DNA of 64,000 nucleotides from Oculina patagonica (Eukaryota): NCBI RefSeq assembly GCF_052425735.1, contig NC_135759.1, positions 14,074,001 to 14,138,000 of the forward strand, read 5' to 3'. Shown piece by piece: positions 12,201 to 25,259 of this stretch (position 1 is its first letter; each line of letters starts with the position of its first letter). The notes under the pieces were generated by a model. It saw only the letters and a program-made list of their open reading frames with translations, ran no database searches and was not told where the DNA came from. The position numbers and the translations under genes were made by a program.

Positions 12201-15200
12201 TTGGTATCTTTGGTAATGATTCCTGGAGGATTTTCACACTTAATACTACACTTGTTTAACCTTTTGATAATTTTTGTATTAAATACTGTCTTTTTGCATG
12301 GGTTAATTTTGCAGTGGAGAGAAGATCATTGGTTGAGGATGACGAGTATCGTGCGCTTCAGTGTAAGCTTTTCAAAGCCAGACAAGTGAGTTGGATTTAA
12401 CTTGCTACTTACAAATATATTTAATGTTAGAACTGTGTTGTATAAGAAGCTCCCTAAACCCTTGTTTTCAACTATTAGGAATTAATTATCTGCTTACTAA
12501 CCATCCCAGGCATTTATCATTTCCTGACTCATGAAAACCTTAGTATATAAGTTTCCTCGGTTGTCAGGGATAGAAGGGAATAATATGGAGAAATAGGAAG
12601 CCACTTTATTTTCCTTATCATGTGACATGACTTCTGTGATGGTAAGCAATCATTTGATGACCTTTTCTCTCTCATCCGCAGAGGTCTCTTTCGTGTTTCG
12701 GGCTGGGAAATAGGGAGAGGAACGGGGAGAGGTGAAAAGTAAGCGCGCGGAGCCTGGAGAGAATCAAAACGAAAGAGGCCTCTGCGGAGGAGAGAGTGAC
12801 CTTACTGCTTACTTTGAATACCCTCTTGCTAGCATGAACATTCATGAAAAGGATTACCATACAGCATGATTTGAATTGCATCTATTATAAAAGATTTGTG
12901 GTTGAATTTGTTTACTTTGTTGCTGTTTGAACCCATTTGTTTGCTTCTCTCAACTCTAGGAGATTGAAAATTTGACTTTGGATTTGGAAGCTTGCCAGCA
13001 ACAACTACAAAGCAAATATGGTGCTGTAAAAATTATCCAAAGGTTGTCACGTTTTGAACAAGCACAACAAAAACAGCATTCAAGGAAGGTTCTGGAGGCA
13101 AGCAAGAAACTTGAGCAGGTCAGTTAACAAGCAGCTCAAGGTAAAAATTAAAGGTTGTAATTATCTGCAATATTCTTCCATGATACTGAAATTTTTCTTT
13201 AGTTAGTTTTGGTTTCTATAGTGATATGTTTATACATGTAGGATAAAGAAATTTGAAACTCATATACATGTAAATTGTAAAAAGGCATACATTAGAGGTA
13301 CAGACCCCTGGCTGGTGTATTATGTTGTTTTCTAAATGGGCAAGGAGCCTCTCTCCACCAGGGAGTTTAAATAGGTACTGGCAAACTCTAAGGGCACACA
13401 TCTGCAAAAAAAAAAGTTGTGATGGCACGATTGTGGGGGGGGGGGAGGGGAAGGGAACTGTGATGAGCCCAGTATTATCATAATGGCTATTCAGAGGGAG
13501 ATGCAAATCACCAAAAGACAAGAGTAATTTAAAAGGATCTTGAGAGCTGTCCATCAACTTCCCAAGTCCACCTATAACTTTCATGTAAAGGGGATTAGAA
13601 AATAGCACAAAGTAAATAGTGCGTGATTGGTTAAAATTTTTCTATAACTCGAGGAGAACAGAAGTTCGAGACGGCACAAATCACGGCGCTGAAATAAGCA
13701 ATGCAAAAATAACAACTAAGAATTGTGCCAATTTATTCACAGCGAAAAAAAAAGCACACGAAAAAGGTAGATTTTACAGAGCCCGCACACATCAAAAATT
13801 TTTGAAAGAATTCGAAGCGGCGACCTCACGCCCCCCATAGGCTTTGTAGCACCAAAACTATCACAGCCCTCAGCAGGAAAGTTAAGAAGCGAAAGAATGC
13901 CTTCACCTCAAGGTTCGAGTAGCGGTCAACCTAGTGAAGCGATAACCAATTTGACTCCTTCCAGTGCTGGACTTCATTAACCACTTAGTTTTTCTATTTT
14001 TGGCTGAAAAAATACAATTTTTCACGACCTAATTTGATTAGACGTAAACGGGTAAATTTTTAAATAAAGCTGTCGTTAAAATACTTCGAGAAAAGAGACC
14101 GCATCGCCTGTTCCCCAGCTCTCGTCCCCAACTTCCACTCGTGTCAACGGACAGGAATTTTTCTATTTCTTAAATATCACGGCTTTGATTTGATTAATAT
14201 GATAATTTATTAGTAAAATACATAGCTGTAACATGAGTTTATTTCCCGGCCTGACCAATCAAGACCGACGATACCAAGTCGATCCAATTAAAAAGCGAAC
14301 GAGGTTTGACTTTTAATACAACGATCACGACTGCCGATTCATCGATTCCACTTTCATCGAGTTTTTTATGGTGATAAGTTTATTACACAACTCAGTTGCC
14401 TTAAAGCAAAGTTACTATGTTAAAAGCGATTAATACCTCATTTATTCATTTTCGTGATATACTGTTGTCTGTTATGCAGCAAAAACGTTATTAAAAAAAG
14501 GGGTAGAAATCGACAGCAAAAACAATCTGATAACAATCTGATAACAATCTATGACACTCGATAAAAATCGATAGCAATCGATGACAACGATGCAATTAAG
14601 AATTTTTGTGACTATCGATGGTCATGATTGGCCGATGCCAATTGATATCAATTACCTAACCATCATCGATTGTATCGATTGATTGATTGATTTCCGATCA
14701 TCGATTTTCATCGATTGGTCAGGCCGGGTTTATTTTTTAAGAGGATTCTTGTTCAAGGGGCACAGGGGGGGGGGGGTGGGGGGCACAGGGGGCTGGTTGG
14801 TAGTTACAGAGGGGGGAGGGGGGTGGCCCAAAAAGGTAAAGATGTTATGCAGCATTATAGATTGTCCACCCAAAGGTACGGAAAATAGCACATATTTTAC
14901 CGTATAGTTGTAGCTGTTTGGTGTATTATGTAAACTGCCGCAATTTTTTACTCCATATATTTTATTTAGGAGGTGAATTTTCTCCAGTGGGAGTTGGAGC
15001 TGAAGCAGAGTTACTTGTTGGACAGTGAACAAACCTGGGCTGAGAGGTTCGACAGAGTAGCTACAGAAAATGCTGCTCTGATGGTTGCTCTTCAGACGAG
15101 ATCTGATGAACTGAGGAAAGTTACCATGGAGAAAATGGGTGAGTAACATAGCATTAAACGTGTCATGTTCATTGTATTACAGTACTATGCAAAAATGGTA

Positions 15201-18200
15201 ATTTAAAAGGTGACTTATCCTAACAAACAAAGGCAATGTCTTGGCTGTTTCACTGACTCCCAGATTAACATTGTTCATTTAATAAAAATTTAAAAATGTT
15301 TTCAGCACTGATGCGTGATCGTGATGAGTTAGCAGCTGCCTTGGAAGTTCGAGACAGGATTAAATATGACTTGAGCACTCCTGAGAGGGAAGAGATCTTG
15401 TCAACAGGAGATTTGATTATTGAGGTAAGTAATTACTGTTAAGAAAACTGTTAAATTTACCTAGCCATTTCATTTCCTTAGTGGCTATGTTGTAGCTAGC
15501 TTTATAACAATTCAAGTCAAAATACTCTTAAACTAGTTTTGATTGTATTTTCCTTTGTTCCAGATTTATTACCATATACTTAAACAAAGAACAAATGAAT
15601 GCAAATCAAGCACGGTAGTTTGCAATGCTGGAAATTATTGTAGGTCATCGGACATTGTCCGATCAAATATGCCAAAATGTCCGGCCAATTTTGCAATATG
15701 TTCAGACATGATGTTCGAGAACTTTAATACGTGACTATATCTTGCAAAATTTTTTAACCTGATTGATTTGAAATACGAAATTGATTTGACCAATTTTCTA
15801 ATAGGTGTGTCGTTCAAAATAAAAGTTTAGAAGGACACTGTCTTTTAAGGTAAGAAAAATTATTTCCAGCACTGAGTTTGAAATAATTTTGACCTGAAAT
15901 TCATGTCAAACCACAACAGCTATTGGCAGAAACACATGCTTGAAAGTTAAGGCTTGCTAGCATTAAGGTAGAAGAGAGTGTATTAAACTGTTGTGGGAGG
16001 GAGAAGACATTGCCCACCAAAAATGTACCACAGCCTTTTTTTCTTACTTTTGTTACTGGTCACCACTTCTCCTTTCTTGTAACTGTAGAGAGTCATTCTA
16101 CTTTTACTGATTGTCTCCTTAAACTGCACAGATTTTATATATATTTCATATTTGGTAATATATTGATCAGGGCAAAATGTGCAATTAAATACAGATAAAA
16201 TAACACCATTTTGTTTTGTTTTGTGGTTGAACACAGTTAGCAACCCTTGGTGCCTGTCAGTGTAGAGGCAAAAACCAGGAGCCGTGCGCATGTGCAAGGG
16301 CTGCAGTGGATGCCAAGCGGGACATTGCAAAACTCAAACATGAGGTAATTATGTAATCATAATGCGTTGGTAATTTTTTGCTAAAAATGGAAAATATTTT
16401 CACTCAAGAGCCAAAGATTTGAGGGGTTGGGAAAAGTTACTGTTTCATTCTACTGGGAAATGGAAATCTAAGAAAAGATGGAGAATTTTCCTCCAAAATT
16501 TTGAAAGGTGCGGGGGGCCCCCCCCCCCCGGGGGGGGGGGGTCAAACCACTATTTTCAGTCTTGAATGTCATCTGCAATATTTCCAGTTTATTCTTGCTT
16601 ACAGAAGAGTGGTACAGCAGCCAAACTATCTTTAGAGACATCACAAATAGGGTTTATTTTCTTCTTTTTGAAAATTTGCCCTGTCTTTCGCGTTTATTTC
16701 CTTTATTCTAATATAAAGAGATTTCCCTTCAATTCACGTTAATTTCTAAGACTTTAATTTAGGGGAGCGTTAATTTCTTAAAGCCGAAAATTGGGTAAAT
16801 GCCTACTGCCCTGCACTTCCTTTCTATTAAGGTACATGTAGGTCGATTTTCAATTGTTGTTTGTTCCTTGCTCTAAGGGTTCTTCTCCACTGAGGTTCTC
16901 TCATTTTCGCTCCCTTCACAAAAGTCAACGGGTCTCTTAATTCCGGCCAATTCAATCTGGACAGAGGAACCCCATGAAAACCAGATACGGCTGATGTTGT
17001 TTTCAACTCTAACACACAATACCGTAGTTTTCTTTTTTTTTTTTTTTTTTTTTTTATTCCAATCAGCTGTTGTTAGTAAAAGGTTCCGTAACTGATCGTG
17101 AGCATTTCATTCAATTTAACAGGAAGGGGATTCATATGAAAGTTCTTAACTAACGGCCTGACAAAACTAGAAAACATGTTTCCAGAAACATATTTTGTAG
17201 CGTGCGCATGTTTCCCAGTTTTGCCACGCGGGAGGCATATATATGCATCCAGCGTCAATTTTGCTTCCGAGAAACAAAATTTGCTTCTGCTACCCAACAG
17301 AAACATTTTGTGTTTCCGGGCGGTATGGAAGCATGGCAAAACGAGGAAACAATTATGTTTCCTCGTTTTGCCAGGCCTTAATACTGCAATTTAAAATGTT
17401 TGTCCTGTTTATTCTCTTAGCTTGAACTAGTTCATCGGCGTGAAGAGGAAGCCCTTCTCACTGCTGACGCATACCGTGTGGCGTTTGAACAACAACTGGC
17501 CAAGAATTCAACGCTTATTTATGAACTGTTGGAAAAATCTAGTTGGAGAAAGAAGATAGGATTTGGCGGAGCAACAAAAAAGACAAGAAAACAAGAAAAC
17601 AGTATGAAAAGCGAGGAAGAAGACCTGGTTCGTCAAATCAAGACGCATAAAGATGAAATCGTCGAAAAGCTTTTGGGCATGGTAGGTTGCATGTAACAGC
17701 TAGAATATATGAATACAGTAAAAACCCACGTGTAAGAACCTACTTTTTTCAGAGTTTGGCAAAACAGGTTCTTGTATTATGGGGTACTTATTGACAGTTT
17801 AAGCTAAGTAGGTTCTTAATTTCTACGGAGTAAACATTGTTGTTGATTATCAGAAAATAGTATAAAATCTGGTCTGTCCTTCGTTATACTGTAAATATTT
17901 ATTAATGTACCCATGTTGCCAATAGTTCAACAACATTTATTGATCAATGATACACTACGGTACTTTTTGGTTTTTGGTAAAAAAATATATTAATTAAATA
18001 TTTAAACCCCACATATAAGAACCTGTTGGAATTTGTTTGGCTAAACAGGTTCTTATATTTTGGGGTATTATAAAAGCAAATTACTGCCAGAAGTTTTTTT
18101 AAATCCCTAGGTTCTAACACGTGGGTTTTTTAACTGTATTCCGAGTTTTTCTTTGATAGTGTTAAAAAGAAAGAAAATTCTGGTACCCGTTTATACTCCT

Positions 18201-19296
18201 GAGTTGATTAACACTAACCAAGGATTATTGAAAGTTGATCAATGGTTCAAAGGTTTGAAAGTGTTTTTATTGCTTATGTTTTGTGAAGTTTGATATTAGT
18301 CGACGTCACAACTGCAGAACAGAAAATATAAACAGATAAAAAAAGAAATTAAAATGCATGCTAATTATGGATTGTGTGAGGTGCAGTGGCCCTGGGTGGA
18401 GACAGGCACTGTGTGAGGTACTGTAATGATTAGATTTAGCGCCCTCCTTCCGAATAAGCGCCCCAGTTCGAACGTGTTTTTGTCAATAAGCGCCCCTATT
18501 CCAATAAGCGCCCCCATTCTTAAAAGCGCCCCTATTCAGTCTACTGTGGATAACTGCCCCTACTGAAGTCATTTACATCGAATATGATAAACTCATGAAC
18601 ATTCACCGTATCATACATGTATATATTTACTGCTAAAATGAACAATTATTAAAAAGTAACTGAACTTCCAACAAATGAATTTGTTTCTGTTACAGTTTCC
18701 GAACATTTGGTTGTTTCTTAAAAAATTAAATAAGCGCCCTGTCCCGAATAAGCGCCCTCCCTTGAGGTGCCAATAGTAAATAAGCGCCCGTGGGGGAATC
18801 ATTACGGTACAAGTGTTGCGCAAGAACAGCAAGAACATAACATAATGACTCTTGTCAGGATCGAAACCGGACTTCTCGTTACAGAGTCGCTAACAATTTG
18901 GTGACTGTCCTACCAAAGAAAGCAAAAATGAACATGATTCAAGTCACCTCAAATTGTGAAAGTCAGTGATGTATTTTATCATTTTGGTTTCAAGGTTTTG
19001 TAAATCTGTTTGTTTTTTTCTCGACTTAGCATTGTTCTCTATGAAAATATAAAAAACAACGTTAAAACCTAAAATTGTTTTCACTAAATGATAGTTTTTT
19101 TCCTTTTGAACGGCTTACATAGTGGATTGTTTTCATTAGCTACCATAAAAAAGTACTCATCTCATTCTCCTGTTTTGATTGACAGCTCAATGACAACAGT
19201 GAGGCGCTTGCGCACCAGAGACTAGCCACCAAAATATTAGCGGCAAAGATGAAAGAGATGGAGAAATGTGGCAGTCCTGAATCACCAAGTACATAG
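9299..19296 (+). CDS. CCDC125: Coiled-coil domain-containing protein 125 (CCDC125) orthologue, 8 exons, about 483 aa
   Basis: Exons 9299-9752, 12315-12385, 12960-13118, 14970-15138, 15306-15424, 16237-16344, 17421-17681 and 19186-19296 are all GT-AG and phase-consistent. Motifs DLGLGFGLKPGG, EVNFLQWELE, LATLGACQC..EPCACAR, ADAYRVAFEQQL and LNDNSEALAHQR match vertebrate CCDC125 as recalled (DLGYGLGRKPGG, EINALQWEIE, LAVLGACLC..PCSCAR, ADAFRIAFEQQL, LNDKEEALAHQR). Confidence 0.92.
10564..11170 (+). mobile_element. Interspersed repeat with tRNA-like core and terminal direct repeats, interrupted by a MITE
   Basis: tRNA-like segment GGCTTGTTAGCTCAATTGGTTAGAG..CCGGTAT at ~10990-11050. The direct repeat ATTCATCATCCGCAGTTCATAT(ATGATTTCATATATTCAC) occurs at both ends. 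Confidence 0.65.
10594..10908. mobile_element. Tc1/mariner-pogo-type MITE (TA TSD)
   Basis: TA|CCGTAGAATTCCAGTTATAAGCCC ... GGGCTTATAACCGGAATTTTACGG|TA, with internal GGGCTTATA repeats. Confidence 0.85.
12667..12797. mobile_element. Short MITE
   Basis: TIR CTCTCTCATCCGCAGAGG ... CCTCTGCGGAGGAGAGAG, with an imperfect TSD (TGACCTTTT / TGACCTTAC). Confidence 0.7.
14245..14728. mobile_element. MITE with 7-bp TSD
   Basis: TIR CCCGGCCTGACCAATC ... GATTGGTCAGGCCGGG, flanked by TTTATTT on both sides. The interior is rich in ATCGAT. Confidence 0.8.
17155..17377. mobile_element. Harbinger-like MITE
   Basis: Termini GGCCTGACAAAAC ... GTTTTGCCAGGCC in a TAA/TTA context. Confidence 0.55.
17716..18136. 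mobile_element. Tc1/mariner-type MITE (TA TSD)
   Basis: TA|CAGTAAAAACCCACGTGTAAGAACC ... GGTTCTAACACGTGGGTTTTTTAACTG|TA. Confidence 0.8.
18421..18807. mobile_element. Tc1/mariner-type MITE (TA TSD) with AATAAGCGCCC repeats
   Basis: TA|CTGTAATGATT ... AATCATTACGG|TA, with multiple TAAGCGCCC subterminal repeats. Confidence 0.75.
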
Positions 19297-20477
19297 AAAT
19301 ACATAGGACGTACAGATAATGGCTACTGAGTTAGTTAGACTGTGCTCATGGTTCGTACGGCTTTTGTTCAACAACTATTCTTGAGGTCTCGCTGAGAAAC
19401 AGAGTGTTTGGTGGTTTGCAAAGTTCGCAATTTTCGTTTTGCGTACATGGTATATTTATTGATTGTTAAGCTTCTTTTTTTCGAATCAATACCAGGTCCA
19501 GTGTGGAAATATTGAAAGTAACTATGAAGGGAAATCTTGTATATTTAAAGTCTGGAAGAGACAAATAGCTTTCAAAAAACCAGAGACATAATATACGTTA
19601 GCTAAATATGTAAATTGCGCCAAATATATTTGATGTAGAAAATTGGTTGAAACCAGGAAAACAAAATGAGTATTTTTAAAGAGGTATTTTTTGGTAATTA
19701 ATTTTTATTTTTCAAGAAATGGGGTGTCAAAGGGGTCGGGGAGAGCGATTTTATTTTTCACTTAGCAAAAATCTACTTTTTTCGATAGATTTCGCTACAC
19801 TATTTGTTTTAAAAGCCGAAATATTAGTTGTGATCCTCTGGTGTTATTTATTATTTATTTTTGTATTAGTGTATTTAATTAGTAAATATCATAGATAATG
19901 AAGACAAAATCCGTTATTCTATTTAATTTTGTGGTTATCAGCCATGTTAACTATTTATGTTATGTCCCGGATTATACAGTGATGAGAATAGTCGAGTATT
20001 TATAAAGTAATTTAATAATGTGATATAAGGTGTAATATGGACAAGTAAATTATTTTTTCGTTGTAGTATTTGTAGTCTAAAAGTGGATATTCTGTTGGTA
20101 CAGTTACTTATGTGACTGTCTGAAGACACAAAACAACGTGCTTTATTTATACCAAAACAATAACAATTGAAAACAGTGATCAAACAATTAAAACCTTGTT
20201 ATTGTGTTGGAGACATACCTCGTCAAGCTCGCCCTTTATACTCTCCCCCCCCCCCCCCCCTAATTTCCGAACGCTTAATCAAAAAGAGCCTCTTCGCGGT
20301 AGATTGCGATTGAATGTTCCATCCCGTCACTCTGCAGACTCGAAGTGCGATATTAGCTATTTAAAAGGGCCTTTTAAAATATCTTAACAGACCTACCGAA
20401 CGTTCGATTCATTCAAGTATATTATGAAGTCATTCAAGTGAAAAATTAAGAAAAAACATGCAGTAACCCTTCTGTTC

Positions 20478-21029
20478 AAAGTGCTACTGTAATCAAATTT
20501 TTTATTTCCATTTTTTTACATTGTCGTGAACAATTAGACTTTCTTACTCACCTTGCCAAATTTCAATCTATTACGAACATCAGAAGTCGTTTTATTATAA
20601 CATTTATTCCATAGAATTTACGGCCGCCATTAATCAACCTTGTTCCAAGGCTTGGTTGTGAATGTGGAGAAAATGACGTCAAAGGCTAAAATACCTCACG
20701 GGTTGAAATTAGAATAACAATCAGCATAGAAAATTGCACGAAAAACAAGCAGAAATTTTTGTTGCTTTTCACGTGAGTTTCAATACATATTGTTATTATA
20801 ATTTCAACTCGTGAGGTATTTTAGCCTTTGACGTCATTTTCTCCCATTCGCAACCAAGCCTTGGAACAAGGTTGTTTAATGGCGGCCGTAAATTATTGGA
20901 AATAAACGTTAAAATAAAACGACTTCTGATGTTCGTAATGGATTGAAAATTGGCAAGGTGAGTAAAAAAGTCTTATTGTACACAAAAATGTAAAAAAATG
21001 GAAATTGAAAATTTGATCAGTGGCACTTT
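20478..21029. mobile_element. Palindromic MITE (Kolobok-like termini)
   Basis: AAAGTGCTACTG...CAGTGGCACTTT. Arms of about 250 bp are near-perfect reverse complements (GGCCGCCATTAATCAACCTTGTTCCAAGGCTTGGTTG and its complement). Confidence 0.85.
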
Positions 21030-21553
21030 GTACAAATATCTACAAACGAGTTCCCTTTTCTGTCAAAAGTGGAACATGAAAGGGTAAGGGTTTGAACCTC
21101 GGAGTGCCTCCCCGCCTGGAGCGAGTGTTCGCGAAAGCTTTTCGGTGGGACACAAATAGACTTGCCTGCAAGTGGAGCTCGCACGATCGGAAAGTGCAAA
21201 GCGCGAATTTAGAAAGTCTAGGACACAGAACGAACTGCAAAAGCTTCGGTTTCTGATGTACAACTCAAGGACATATCAGAGAAATAGAAAATAAATCAAT
21301 TCTATGACAACTATAACGCTTTATTCGTGCATCGATTTTACAAAATTACTTTAACTCCAAACAAGCCGTTTGTCGTTATAAATATATCAGCAAAATTAAT
21401 CATGCATTTTTAAAAGCAATTCCATTTTTTAGAGTTTTAAAACTATGCTGTAGCAAATGTATCGACCACTTCCTCCAAGACCGGCAGCGTTTTACATCAA
21501 GCGGGCGTTCGTTTCATAAATAGTTGAAGAAGCGACTACTGAGCCGAAGCGAG

Positions 21554-23124
21554 CTAGACACTCGATGCAACGTTCATGCTGCTAGCTGCTGGTGTTGGGG
21601 TTACCATGTTTGTAGGACTCATGGGCATTACAGAGGGCGAGGGTGTTACAGTGACCATTGGTGTGGGGCTTGACGTCATTGGTGGAGTTGGTGGAGGAGT
21701 TGGTGTTGGCGGTACGAAAATCTCCCCTGTTTAAACAAAAGACATTAAATTAGTAGTGCCTCCTTATATGCCATTAGCAAGCTCAAAGGTCATAAGACAA
21801 GGAAACTTGCTGCCAGCATGCGAGCAGCTAGGTTGCTGGCAAGAGTGGCGGTTTGAGGGAATCGCCCTGACCCGCGCTCCCTAAGATAGCTTGCTCGCAG
21901 GCTGAAGAACAAATGACCAAGTGGAAACCTTGTTTTGGCTCATTTGGCTGTGCGCATGGGTGCAGGTTCGGCTTACAACCGATACCTTTTCTTTTAAGGC
22001 AAAAAGTAAGTCAAAGTTTTAACATAGATTAATATTAGAATAATTGTGTTTACACGGCCAATAAGTTCCTACTTACCAAAACAGCATATTTGAGCACGCT
22101 GGCAGAATTTGTTTTCCCTGCAGTCCACTTCCTTCAATTTTCGACAAATCAAACGCCCGAGATCAGTGCATTTAAAAAGTCCTATTGTAAATAAATACAC
22201 AGAAATAGAGATTAAAACATGTTTTTATAAACACAAAAACCAAATTTGTGAAATCGAGGACTTTGTATTACATTTCTCTTGCAGTTCTAACTTTTCCTAA
22301 AAATCGATAGCACTATTTTTCTATTGTCTCTTTGAGATTGTATGCAATCTGCAATCCGCAAGAATGTCGTCATCGGTTTGCAGTGGCGGATCCAGACCTT
22401 GAGGTCAGGTAAGTGGGTGGCCAGATCATCCAGACCCTGGAGAAAAAGAGGGGCCCGCTCTCGAAAATATTTTTTCTTGGTTTTCTCGAGCCTCAGTTTG
22501 GCCTAAAAATAAGGTGGGGCCCCGGCCCCCCCGGTTCCGTCCCATATTGTTTTGGGTTTTGTGTTTTTTTTTTTCTGGACCTTCCCTCGGTAGCATCTTA
22601 ACCTTTGTTTCTTTTCAGCAATCATTATTGAGGCTCATTTTTATTTTCGTTAATTATGAGCCGTAAACTTCAAATTGGCAAAGCAACACTCTCTTACTGT
22701 ATGGCAAAATGGTAACAGAAAAGGTTTCAGCCGTTATTGCGACATTTCAGTTTATATAATTCAGTGACTAGTTCTGCAGTGCAGAAACTACCTAAAATCA
22801 CGTGACCTAGCCACTACTGAAATAATCCACTTACTGCATTGACGCGGGGTGCGACGGAAGCATATAACGCGTACGCCAAGAATAGAAGCTATGTCTCTTC
22901 TCCCTGATGTTCGGACCTAGAAAATACGAAAATAATGATGATGATAATGTGACAAAAAGTTTGCATTCAGCTAATCAAAATCAAAACTAAGCGGTTTTCC
23001 AGCTCTTTGAACCGGTCACGCATTTTTGCTTCGAGTTCCTTTTGTTAACTTTTCCGTCGGATGGCAGATAGGTTGGACTGTAATCAAGGCCGCATTTAGC
23101 TCGGAGCACTTTTTCTCAGCTCCA

Positions 23125-23165
<41 letters not shown>

Positions 23166-24310
23166 AAAAAAAGGGGAAAAAAAAAAAAAAAAAAGTCAGG
23201 GCAGACACAAGCTTATTTTTTATCTCAAATTGATACTGTATGATACTGACACGTGACTCACACATCCGGCGGCAGTATTTAAGCGATGCGGAGGCTCTCG
23301 GCGGAGGCTACTCGACTTACGAGTTGATTGTTATAGAGTATTTCTAATTTATTGATTGAGTGAACAAAAGAATGACCAATAACATTATATTAAAGAAAAT
23401 CGTTGTAACTTATCCTCGTATAATTCATACATACTTTCAAATTCCTCGTCTAACTCTGTGGTGTCAAGGTTTCCCTCGCCTTTTGCCTGGAGTATAACGC
23501 TGGTAATGCAAACCGCTACCTGAAAACAAGAACCCAAAAAAGTAAAATTAAAAGAATAATAAATGAACGTTTGTGTGGGCGTGTGACGTGTGAATAGCCC
23601 AGTTTGCGGTTTTTCCTGATTCATATGCCACGGGAAAATGTACAAAGGCAAATATCTACCAAGCTGCCAAAATTGTATTTAAAATATACATTTAAAAGCG
23701 CGATATCTTTTCAACGTTATAACGTAAATTTGTTACACTGAGCCAAATACGAAAAAAAAAGAAATTCGTGTCATCAGTGTCGGTTTTAAACTGCAAAGGG
23801 TGGGGGGAGTTTTTAAAATTTGAAGCAGATAACCTAAATACGTTATATACCTTTTTTAAATTCTGTACTATGATTTAATGCAAAAGCTAGCGGAAAGTCA
23901 ACTTTTATAGGAAACGTATTACGGAAACAAATGCTTGAATTTTATTGTATTCAAAAAGTCAAATCATGATTTGTTGAAAACTTGTATCTTTTGCACCGAT
24001 TTGTTTTCCTTTTTTTATTTTACCGAATGCATCTGACTTTGATCATGTTTAAAACTAAAAAAACTAGAGTGAAACTAGAAACTGGAGTGAAAATGAACAG
24101 CCTAACAGTTCAAAAGAATCGCATACTTCATGCCTGTGCACAGCCTTGGGAGGTAATACTTACATCAAGAATAATAAGTTTTGGATAGTTTCCTTAAAAT
24201 AATTTGACTTTTACCATTGTATTTTACCCCGATAATTGAATTGCTCAAAATAAAATACTTCAAACTTTAAAAGTTTTACTTACCAAAAACAAGAGCCGAT
24301 AAACATTCAT
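21554..24310 (-). CDS. Secreted cysteine-rich precursor (signal peptide, acidic propeptide, RR site, 8-Cys cationic domain, P/T/S/M-rich tail), 6 exons, 164 aa
   Basis: Exons 24310-24284, 23519-23435, 23343-23321, 22916-22835, 22181-22077 and 21726-21554 are GT-AG and phase-consistent. Protein: MNVYRLLFLVAVCITSVILQAKG-EGNLDTTELDEEFEKILYNNQLVRTSGRR-DIASILGVRVICFRRTPRQCRLFKCTDLGRLICRKLKEVDCRENKFCQRAQICCFGEIFVPPTPTPPPTPPMTSSPTPMVTVTPSPSVMPMSPTNMVTPTPAASSMNVASSV*. AATAAA at 21325-21320. Confidence 0.85.
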
Positions 24311-24412
24311 GATAAAGCAGTTTGTTGGCTTTCTGCAGTACGATCTCCAGCTATATTGCTCTGATGTCCTTCAGCTCTTCAGGAATCTAATGATTGCAGC
24401 AATTTGAGCTCT

Positions 24413-24419
24413 TTTTATA
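24413..24419 (-). promoter_or_regulatory. TATA box of the secreted Cys-rich precursor gene
   Basis: GGCTATAAAAAG on the minus strand, about 100 nt upstream of the ATG at 24310. Confidence 0.6.
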
Positions 24420-25259
24420 GCCAGCAAAACCTACTTTGTATGCAATGATTCAGCAGTATCGTTTTTTTCTTATTTACTACACTAAGTCCTTGTTTTCGTT
24501 AAATGAAAAGCCCTTCAAGTTCTAGAATGTGCCAATCAAACTTGTAGTACAAACATGTACCGGCAAACTCATGTTGGCTTTCAAACTGAAAATCCAAGAA
24601 TAGTTACTGGTAATTTCTTTATTGTTTGCGAGCATGTTGTGGAAATGCCATGGGAACTCAAAACAAGGCGGAAAAAATAAACTTTTGAAAACGCAAATTT
24701 AGTTTGGTTTTATATGTGATTTTATGTACAAAATCAACTTTGTCGGCAGTCAAAAAATTAGCTGGGCTAAAAAGCACTCATGAAATTTGAATGGATTTAT
24801 TATTTCAATGTAACGCACAACTTTTTTTCAGTGTTAAGTGCTGTTTTTAAGTACAGTCGTCACTGCATACTTCCAACGTTACGCCATTCTTTCCAATATC
24901 GGTTTAGCCAAGGCTGCACGTGAACAGAAAATGTTATTTTTGGGTTACCACAAGAACTTATTTCTGCACCATAACTAGGTTGATTACGACTCCTCAGTAG
25001 AAACCAGGCACTCAGTTTATTAACGATCTTGAAGTTAATAAGCTTAATTGCAGTGTGTTCAAATTTACCAGGGCGGTTAATTCTTTTTTATAGATTTTAT
25101 ATTTATAATTAACTAAATGTTTCACTTGCTTGCCAAGGCAGTAAAGTGGTTCACATTACTGTTCATAGAAGTTAAGTTGTGGCAAATTTTGAAAGTCAAA
25201 CTTAAAAATTGAAGAACTCCATTAATTACATCAAGTGATTTTCTCTTCGTCTCGAAACA

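Noticed and set aside
22835-22916. Alternative reading SPNIREKR-HSFY... (furin site) obtained by skipping the 23-nt micro-exon
   Set aside because: That frame hits a stop at the start of the next exon. Including 23343-23321 gives a continuous frame through all eight cysteines.
23128-23195. Poly-T followed by poly-A as a terminator or hairpin
   Set aside because: These are intronic homopolymer runs of unreliable length, with no functional support.
24640-24660. NF-kB-like sites upstream of the secreted-peptide gene
   Set aside because: They are only partial matches (TGGAAATGCC, GGGAACTCAA), expected by chance.
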